Part shown: positions 35,442 to 44,782 of the stretch, one piece after another
How the letters are laid out: the number at the start of each line of letters is the position of its first letter
Position numbering within the stretch: position 1 is the first letter of the stretch
NCBI RefSeq assembly: GCF_001194135.2
Contig: NC_068981.1
Span: 193,870,165 to 193,914,946, forward strand
From: Octopus bimaculoides
Lineage: Eukaryota
Direction of reading: 5' to 3'
DNA: 44,782 bases
Position numbers and translations under genes: made by a program
The notes under the pieces: model-generated
What the model saw: the letters and a program-made list of their open reading frames with translations, nothing else
Database searches by the model: none
What the model was told of the DNA's origin: nothing

Positions 35442-35859
35442 TAATGATTAGCTTCCAATTTTGTTTATCGTGAAGAATTTTTTGTCAGGTTTCCAAAATT
35501 TCCTTTCAGACAGCTTTGATTTTTGCTTATCAGAGCTGGCAGAGTTAAGATAGTTCCAGCAGATGATGGTATTGGAGTTATTGTTGGTGAAATAACGAAT
35601 GATATGTTAATATTTCTGCCCCAGTAAACACAGAGGTAGTGTTCTTAACATGTTAAGATAGGACACACACACACACATATATATGTGAATGATATACATC
35701 ATCATCATCATCATCATTTAGCGTCTGCTTTCCATGCTGGCATGGGTTACTGGTTTGATCTGACTGGAACTGGCAACCTGGAGAGCAGCATCAAGTTCTA
35801 GTCTGGTTTGGCATCATTTCTAAAGTTGGATGTCTTTCCTAATGCTAAAGATGTATATA

Positions 35860-36328
35860 TATAAAAGTGTGGAGTGGAATGAAAGCATTTGAGGAGGCCA
35901 GGGTGACACATGTAAGACTCAAGAGAGATTTAAAGAAGGATGCTGTGATTGAGAAGATGAATCTCAGTGACCTTTTTGTGTACACAGTTTGTGACAGACC
36001 ATGCCTTTCTTTAGCTGGGCTCAAATCTCATTTGCAGACCTTTGAAAAACGAACCTCCACCAACTACTCTGCCAATATATCTGGGCACACCTTTCAATGC
36101 CATGTATGCCATAAGGTCTGCAATTCTAACAGAGGCCTCAAAAGACATTTTAAGATCCACAAAGATCAGAACTTCACTGCAGCTCTTGGTTGTGTAAATC
36201 AGATATGCAATCTATGCGGGTGTCTTTTCAATACATTGTCTGGTTTAAAAAGCCACATCAGATGCCATCATGGATCTAAGGTGTAGGTACAGGAGGTGGT
36301 CAAACTCTGCATAAGGAGTAGACAATCA

Positions 36329-36330
<2 letters not shown>
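35860..36330 (+). mobile_element. RTE-clade LINE 3' end encoding three C2H2-type fingers
   Basis: WSGMKAFEEARVTHVRLKRDLKK resembles the RTE C-terminal W-x-G-x-x-x-FE-x-x-R...KR motif. It is followed by VCDRPCLSLAGLKSHLQT (degenerate), CHVCHKVCNSNRGLKRHFKIH and CNLCGCLFNTLSGLKSHIRCH, then a short 3' UTR and (AT)n. There is no splice acceptor or ATG. Confidence 0.7.
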
Positions 36331-36361
<31 letters not shown>

Positions 36362-38560
36362 NNNNNNNNNNNNNNNNNNNNNNNNNNNNNNNNNNNNNNN
36401 NNNNNNNNNNNNNNNNNNNNNNNNNNNNNNNNNNNNNNNNNNNNNNNNNNNNNNNNNNNNNNNNNNNNNNNNNNNNNNNNNNNNNNNNNNNNNNNNNNNN
36501 NNNNNNNNNNNNNNNNNNNNNNNNNNNNNNNNNNNNNNNNNNNNNNNNNNNNNNNNNNNNNNNNNNNNNNNNNNNNNNNNNNNNNNNNNNNNNNNNNNNN
36601 NNNNNNNNNNNNNNNNNNNNNNNNNNNNNNNNNNNNNNNNNNNNNNNNNNNNNNNNNNNNNNNNNNNNNNNNNNNNNNNNNNNNNNNNNNNNNNNNNNNN
36701 NNNNNNNNNNNNNNNNNNNNNNNNNNNNNNNNNNNNNNNNNNNNNNNNNNNNNNNNNNNNNNNNNNNNNNNNNNNNNNNNNNNNNNNNNNNNNNNNNNNN
36801 NNNNNNNNNNNNNNNNNNNNNNNNNNNNNNNNNNNNNNNNNNNNNNNNNNNNNNNNNNNNNNNNNNNNNNNNNNNNNNNNNNNNNNNNNNNNNNNNNNNN
36901 NNNNNNNNNNNNNNNNNNNNNNNNNNNNNNNNNNNNNNNNNNNNNNNNNNNNNNNNNNNNNNNNNNNNNNNNNNNNNNNNNNNNNNNNNNNNNNNNNNNN
37001 NNNNNNNNNNNNNNNNNNNNNNNNNNNNNNNNNNNNNNNNNNNNNNNNNNNNNNNNNNNNNNNNNNNNNNNNNNNNNNNNNNNNNNNNNNNNNNNNNNNN
37101 NNNNNNNNNNNNNNNNNNNNNNNNNNNNNNNNNNNNNNNNNNNNNNNNNNNNNNNNNNNNNNNNNNNNNNNNNNNNNNNNNNNNNNNNNNNNNNNNNNNN
37201 NNNNNNNNNNNNNNNNNNNNTATATATATATATATATATATCATAAGGCAGTGAGCTGATGATAGAATCTTTGTCATATTGGGGCAAAATGCTTAGCAAC
37301 ATTTCATTCATTACTGTGTTCTGAGTTCAAATTCCTCCAAGGTTGACATTGCCTTTCATCATTCTGGGGTCAACAATATAAGTACCAGTTGAATACTGTG
37401 GCTGATGTAATTCACTTAGCCCCTACCCTGAAATTACTGGCCTTGTGACAAGATTTAAAACCAATATTCAGGAATACATATAGACAAAGGCATGGCTGTG
37501 TGGTAAGAAGCTCGCTTCTCAACCACATGGTTCTGTGTTCAGTACCACTGCATGGCACGTTGAGCAAGTATTTTCTACTATAGCCTCTGACCAAAGCTTT
37601 GTGAGTGGATTTGATATATGGAAAATGAAAGAAGCCCATTGTATATATGTGTGTGTGTGTGTGTCTTTGTGTCTGTGTTTGTCCCCCCTCCACCACTTGG
37701 CAACTGGTCGAGATGTGTTTAGATCCCTATAATTTAGTGGTTTCGCAAAAGAGACCAATAGAATAAGTACCAGGCTTCAAGTCAGTGTCCCAGCATGGCC
37801 ACAGTCTAATGATTGAAACAAATAACGAATAAAAGATAAAAGATATACACACACACACACATACACATGCACACACACACACACACACGTGTGTAAGTAT
37901 GCATATGTGCATGTATAGACAGACAGACAGACATGCTGGTTACCAAATAGTTTAGTCAACAGATCAAAAAGTAGTTTACAATATTAATGAAGGTTAATTA
38001 TATTGATATAGGTTCATTGTATTAATTAAAGTCAACTAGCAATTTCTTTTTCTTTTTTTCTTCTTTTTTTTTCATAATAAACAATAATCGTTTATTTCCT
38101 ACTTTCTTCTCAGTAATTGAACTGAAAAGATTTTAATCTTGGGTGGTTTTTCATTCTTCCTTTTTTTTTTTTTTTTGATTTTTTTGTTATATTTCTAACA
38201 TCAATCTAGAATTAGTTCCAGTCGTATCTTTTATAATCTTCAATGTTTATTCTTCCTCTCTATCCAATAGCAGTTCTTTGATACACAGAATATTATTACC
38301 ATAAATGGTTGCCAAACCAATTCTCTTCAACAGCCATGAAGCAGAGACCACTTCACTTGATGCTGCGACTGTGCTTGCCTCAATGGAATTTCACCATTGT
38401 TGATTCACTGGCAACGCTGTTTTCTTCACAGACATGGATGTATGGTAAGAAGTTTGCTTCCCAACCACATAGTTCCAGGTTCATTCCTACAGCATGGCAC
38501 TTTGGACAAGTGTCTTCTGCCATGTGCTTAGATTTGGTAGACAGAAACTGGAAGAAGCTT

Positions 38561-38794
38561 TAAGGAGGCGAGCTGGCAGAAACGTTAGCACGCTGGGCGA
38601 AATGCTTAGTGGTATTTCGTTTGTTTTTACGTTCTGAGTTCAAATTTCACCGAGGTCAACTTTGCCTTTCATCCTTTCGGGGTCGATAAATTAAGTACCA
38701 GTTGCGTACTGGGTCGTTGAAATCGATTTAATCCCTTTGTCCATCTTTGTTTGTCCCCTCTGTGTTTAGCCCCTTGTGGGCAATAAAGGAATAG
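38561..38794 (+). mobile_element. Full-length family B SINE nested in a family A SINE, with 17-bp TSD
   Basis: GAAACTGGAAGAAGCTT (38544-38560) and GAAACTGAAAGAAGCTT (38795-38811) flank it. Confidence 0.85.
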
Positions 38795-39824
38795 GAAACT
38801 GAAAGAAGCTTGTCACAGGTGTGGCTGTATAGTAAGCAGTTAACATCTCAGTCACATGGTTCTGGGTTCAGTGCCAATGTGTGGCACTTTAGGCAAGTGT
38901 CTTCTGCTTTAGTCTTGGGCCAACCAAGTCATGTGTGCGGAGTTGGTAGATGGAAACTGAAAGAAGCCCCTTTGTGTAGGTATGTATGTGTGTGTATATA
39001 GTGTGTGTTTGTCCCCCCCCCCAACACTGCTTGATAACAGNNNNNNNNNNTGTGTGTATATAGTGTGTGTTTGTCCCCCCCCCCAACACTGCTTGATAAC
39101 AGGTGTTGGATTGTTTACATCCCTGTAAGCACCATACTTTAAAAAAATAAGTGCTATGGTTGGTGAGTTGAACTAAATCCATCGTGGCAATGCCCCAGCA
39201 TGGCCGTGGTCCAAAGACTGAAGCAAGTAAAAGATAAAAGAAGAAACCAAGTGGCAGCATGTTCTTGTACAATTTGCATTCTTGACTTGCCTCTGCAACA
39301 TTCTATATATGGACCACGTCAACCTCCAAGACATGGCTGTCAGTGAAAGAATCAGTAAAAGTGATGTCTTCAGATCGATAAGCAACAGAAATGGCACAAC
39401 GGAACTCAATGTCTTTCTTTTGGATCAATTATTTACCACACATACGCCTTAATATTTGGTACACACAGAGCAGTGAGCCAGAATAATCGTTAGCAGGCAA
39501 AATTCTTTGTAGCATTTCGTACGTCATTATGATCTGAGTTCAAATTCCACAGAGACTGACTTTGTCTTTCATCCTTTTGGGGTTGATAAAACAAGTACCA
39601 TAGGAGTCAGTGTAGTCAATGATCCCCTTTTCCCAAAGTTACTGGCCTTGTCCCAAAATTTGACCCCAGTATTTGGCACACATATTAATCCATGCAGAGA
39701 AGAACCACATCAATTTAGATGGCACCATTGTCCATAGCTTGGCACCAATTTGGGAAAGGCACCACTCTTCAGCACATAAACCATGGGCCACATAAAGGTC
39801 CATCACCGGGCAACCTACTTGAAG

Positions 39825-40458
39825 TGAAGGCTGGGGAGGGGTGATCAATGAGAGGACCTTAGTACGTGACTGGTATTTCATTTATCAACCCCAAAAGGAT
39901 GTAAGACAAAGTCGACCTCAGTAGAATTTGAACTCAGAACATAGAGACAGACGAAATACAGGTAAGTATTTCGCCAGGCGTGCTAACGTTTCTGTCAGCT
40001 CGCTGCCTTAAGATTAAAAAAATATTCTTTCCTACTCTAGGCACAAGGCCCGAAATTTTATGGGGTAGGGGCCAGTCGATTAGATCGACCTCAGTATGGA
40101 ACTGGTACTTAATTTATCGACCCCGAAAGAATGAAAGGCAAAGTCAACCTTGGCGGAATTTGAACTCAGAACGTAACGGCAGACAAAATACCGCTAAGCA
40201 TTTCGCCTGGTGTGCTAACGTTTCTTATTTCTTTACTGCCCACAAGGGGCTACACACAGAGGGGACAAACAAGGACAGACAAAGGGATTAAGTCGATTAC
40301 ATCGACCCCCAGTGTGTAACTGGTACTTAATGTATCAACCCAGAAAGGATGAAAGGCAAAGTTGACCTCAGCAGAATTTGAACTCAGAACATAAAGACAG
40401 ACGAAATACATCTAAGCATTTCGCCCAGTGTGCTAACGTTTCTGCCAGCTCGCCGCCT
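39825..40458 (-). mobile_element. Three tandem or nested family B SINEs
   Basis: Three consecutive GAAAGGCAAAGTC...GAATTTGAACTCAGAAC...GTGCTAACGTTTC modules. The tail of the third interrupts the head of the second at about 40222. Confidence 0.85.
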
Positions 40459-43092
40459 AAAGATTTAAAATATATCATCACTACCACCACCACCACTATT
40501 ATCACCACAACTCTGATATCATTTTTCCCCAAAGCAACAACACGTCTCTCGCCAGTTACTTTATGGTCAATCAAACTAAAGTTACTACTACAACTCTTGA
40601 AACTACAACTACTACTGTTACTACTTCCACCACTACAATTACTACTACCACCGCTACTACCACCACCACCACCACCACCACCATTACTGCTCTTAGACAC
40701 AGCTGACGACTTTTCGTTCACCACAACATAACACATCGTTCTCCTCTTCCCACTTCCTTACCACCTTCTTCTCCTGATTGCCTCCCCTTCTTCTTCTCAC
40801 TGATCCACACTCCCCCTTCCTTACCACTACACCCTCCTTCTCCACCTCGCTCCTTATCGCCTCCTCTTACTTTTATTTTGCTTCCTCCTCCTTCTTCACC
40901 TCTTGAGGTTTAATACTTTTCTATAATAGCTGGAGTCTCTGTTGCTATGGTTACGTAATGTACTACGTGTCTGTGTGTGTGTGTGTGTATGTGCGTGCGC
41001 GTGCGTGTGTGTGTACGTGTGCATGTGTGTACGCTTGTGTATGTGAACACAGGAGTTACTTTTGCATATATATATATATGTATAAGTACCTATGTATATG
41101 TACATATATGTGTATATATGTGTGTATTTGTGCGTGGATGTGTATGTCTTAAGTCGCACAATAACAGTTATTGTATGTGTACGCATGCATACATGTATAT
41201 GTGTGCACACGTGTGTATATATATGTGCTAGGATGTACAAAAGCAGTTATTGTGTATTATCTACGTGTGCACATGTTATTACTGTGTATGTGTGTATGTG
41301 TTAATGGTGTTTGGGGGGGGGGGGTAAGTGTGTGAGGGTAACCTTGAGATAGATATATGTGTGTTTATTGTGTATGTAGGAGTGGCTGTGTGCTAAGAAT
41401 ATTGCTTCCCAACCACATGGTTCCGGGTTTAGTACCACTGCATGGCACCTTGGGCAAGTGTCTTCTACTATAGCCTCGAGCCAACCAAAGCCTTGTGAGT
41501 GGATTTGGTAGACAAAAGGAGCATGTTGTACTCATTTATTGTGCTTTTAATTATTAATTTTTTTTTATTTGTGACAGTGGATTTTCATTGATGAGTTCAT
41601 GAACCTTGGTTTTTTTTCCCTAAAACTATATATTTATTTATATATATTTTACTCTGTAAAGCTCAATTTAATTTTAATTTTTTATAAATTGATTTTATTN
41701 NNNNNNNNNATATATATATATAGACGCAGGAGTGACTGTGTGGTAAGTAGCTTGCTTACCAGCCACATGGTTTCGGGTTCAGTCCCACTGCATGCACCTT
41801 GGGTAAGTGTCTTCTACTATAGCCGTGGGCCGACCAAAGCCTTGTCAGTGGATTTGGTAGACGGAAACTGAAAGAAGCCCATCGTATATATATGTATGTG
41901 TATATGTTCGTGTGTCATTAGAGTAACTGTAAACATTATCATTACAATAAAAATTATCCCTCAAAAGCCGTCTCTACTAATTCTTTCAAATATATTATGC
42001 TGTACCAAGAACCTTCTTTTATTATTCTCCTATATATATATATACATATATATTATACATAAGGATAAGAATATTGAAAGGGGTCCATGAGAAAACATTT
42101 AAATAAAAGGGTTGGAACCACGGTGAAAAGGTTGGGAACCTCTGATCTATATCAATTTTGTTGCTGCTGGCCCAACTATGCAAGGGTAGTTTTCATTGAA
42201 CATCCTACAGGATTCTTTTAAAAAACTGTCAAAGGGCAGATAAACTCAGTAAAATGAACAGCCACCCAACAGTTGGGAGTGAGAAATCCCTAATGTTTGT
42301 TTAGGCATCTCTTTGAGAACCTATGCCAAACCATCTCAGCTTCCTCTTCTGTGTTCTGTCTCTTGCTCTTTCTGAAAAGCCCATTGCTGCTACTAATTAG
42401 GTCTCCCAGTAGTGAGAGCTATTAATTACTTCAAAAGAGCTTTCCTAATATTGGTCTCAAATTTTGGCACCAGGCCAGCAATTTCGGAGATGCAGATAAG
42501 TGGATGACATAGATTCCAGTACTCGACTGGTAGATATTTTATCGACCCCGAAAGGGTGAAAGTCAAAGTCACATTCCTGGAATTTGAACTCAGAATGTAA
42601 AGACAGTGTTTGTTTAGGCATCTTTCTAGGAGAAAGAAACTGCTGATGTAACACTTGTGACTTTGCTTGCACCAAAGGATGTAGTAGACTAGTTCTTCCT
42701 TTTAGACAAATGCCTATGTTGTTTAATGAGTGAGACTGGCCCTGTACAAGACCTTTAGAAAGCTTCAAACACAAGCATAACAATGATTTTTAACTTATGA
42801 ATTATGCATTACATACTACGGCGAACTGTGGCTGTGAATGACAAAACATTCAATGAAGAATTCCATCGTATGAAGCGCAATGCTGTGTGGTCATAAAATA
42901 GAGGCACTAGGTACAGAAGATGCATTGATACCAGGAAGAAATTAAGCTAACCTGCCCTGATGGATGCGTAATGTTAGTGTGTATGAGTGACAAAGCACAA
43001 AGAGCTAAGAGACAAAGAAGGTATATGCAGGATGTGCACACACACACACATGCACAGTTATATTAACTATGTGTGTGTATGTATGTATGTAC

Positions 43093-43136
<44 letters not shown>

Positions 43137-43364
43137 GACAGGCTTCTTTCAGTTTCCGTCTACCAAATCCACTCACAAGGTTTTGTTCAGCCCGAGGCTA
43201 TAGTAGAAGACATTTGCCCAAGGAGCCACGCAGTGGGACTGAACCCGGGATCATGTGGTTGGTAAGCAAGCTATTTACCACACAGCCACTCCTGCACCTT
43301 TACTCCAGATTGCTTGAAGCTAACTTTCTTCCTACACCTCAATTTGTGAATCTTATATTCATAT

Positions 43365-43427
<63 letters not shown>

Positions 43428-44471
43428 TTGAGAGAGAGAAACAAGTTTTATTCCTAGAATGGTTTATCTCTGTAAATAAATAAATAAATGTTGTTATACG
43501 TTATCAAGAAACTGTGTGCGTATGTGTGTGTGTAATTACAGTATGTATATGCCATTATCTCCGTCATGTGTCACTTGTAAGCAGTTGTGTGGCTTGACAT
43601 CTGGTCTGTCTAAATGATGAGATTAACTAGAAACATCTCAAACATGTTCTAATGTTCTCTACTGCGGCTTTTACTGTCAAACCACTTGCTAGCTTCTGGA
43701 GATTTGCATTAAAAGTTTTGTTACTGAATTCATAATGGTGGTGGTGGTGGTGGCGGTGGCGGCGGCCGTGGCCGTGGCGGTGACAGTGACAGTGGTGACA
43801 GTGGTGGTGGTGGTGGTGGTCACGGTGATGGTGGTGGTNNNNNNNNNNNNNNNNNNNNNNNNNNNNNNNNNNNNNNNNNNNNNNNNNNNNNNNNNNNNNN
43901 NNNNNNNNNNNNNNNNNNNNNNNNNNNNNNNNNNNNNNNNNNNNNNNNNNNNNNNNNNNNNNNNNNNNNNNNNNNNNNNNNNNNNNNNNNNNNNNNNNNN
44001 NNNNNNNNNNNNNNNNNNNNNNNNNNNNNNNNNNNNNNNNNNNNNNNNNNNNNNNNNNNNNNNNNNNNNNNNNNNNNNNNNNNNNNNNNNNNNNNNNNNN
44101 NNNNGGCTGCTGCTACAGAGACACTACAGCTGTGACTAAACTGTCTTTCATTCAAACATAGCACATCTAGGACTACATTATCGAATGTGCCCATTCCCTT
44201 GTTGTCATTTTTAGGTTTACATCATTCTAAATCAAGCAGACCTTGCAGTATTTTATTCAGACATAGTGTATCTTGGACTACATTATCCTATGTGTTCTTT
44301 CTTCCTTGTTGTTGTTTATCTCCAGGCCAACTGTAAACCATGGGTCTTCATTACCCCACAAGAATTTCATTTTTACCCCACTTGGAGCAATTTTACCTTG
44401 GTTCACTGACCCCTGCATTAAGTCATGCACCCTCACAATAATAATAATCATATTACTACAAATAATAATAA

Positions 44472-44650
44472 TAACCTTGATGGGTACGGCCCATATACTA
44501 CGGAAAGCACTCTCCATCTAAAATGGAATAAATGTGGTGATAGTTTTAGCATGCATAGCAAAACAAAAGTACCCTTGCTATTCTTGGCCTCCGGAGGATG
44601 CCCGGGACTAAAGCAGTTGAAATATAGTTATAATGAAAGGAAACCATAAA
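44472..44650 (+). mobile_element. R4/Dong-like extreme 3' end in (TAA)n
   Basis: TLMGTAHILRKALSI* plus a ~125-bp 3' UTR, flanked by (AAT)n on both sides. Confidence 0.75.
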
Positions 44651-44679
44651 TAATAATAATAATATTAATAATAATAATC

Positions 44680-44731
<52 letters not shown>

Positions 44732-44782
44732 GCGTCAACGTCGAAGCTTGTTATGCCTCACTGTTAATAAAACAAAATACAA

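Noticed and set aside
35534-35630. Plus-strand frame AGRVKIVPADDGIGVIVGEITNDMLIFLPQ* after a CAG acceptor
   Set aside because: It is isolated, has no partner exons, and the opposite strand is equally open, as expected for low-complexity sequence.
35867-36286. Host C2H2 zinc-finger gene exon
   Set aside because: There is no acceptor or ATG, no TGEKP linkers, an RTE-like motif upstream and an (AT)n tail. A LINE origin fits better (kept as a finding in that form).
38990-39102. ~52-bp tandem duplication around a 10-N gap
   Set aside because: Identical sequence on both sides of a minimal gap is typical of unmerged overlapping contigs.
39250-39485. Open frames of 40-80 codons on both strands
   Set aside because: There are no splice signals or recognisable motifs.

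Overview
AT-rich, repeat-dense animal genomic DNA with 11 N-gaps and many microsatellites. The SINE/LINE content and microsatellite density point to a cephalopod, probably Octopus (inference). The main content is one multi-exon protein-coding gene on the minus strand that the ORF track shows only as fragments. Five coding exons (29256-29166, 27228-27002, 25041-24912, 20198-19995, 18463-18363) have canonical splice sites and compatible phases, and splice to a 753-nt ORF encoding 250 aa. The protein has a signal peptide, one CUB-like ectodomain, one TM helix and a short tail carrying both PSAP and PPPY motifs. The rest is mobile DNA: mariner remnants and MITEs, hAT- and piggyBac-like MITEs, two Helitron-like pieces, RTE-clade LINE tails (one with three C2H2 fingers), six (TAA)n-embedded R4/Dong-like RLE LINE 3' ends, three abundant SINE-like families and a 34-bp minisatellite. 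Three unrelated head-to-head foldback elements, plus one lone remnant, carry minimal hammerhead-ribozyme-like motifs of the Penelope-associated type. One of these foldbacks is fused to a tRNA-derived head, and another lies about 1.2 kb past the gene's stop codon. No rRNA, genuine tRNA gene or CRISPR array is supported. All assignments come from reading the sequence by eye; no searches or folding programs were run.
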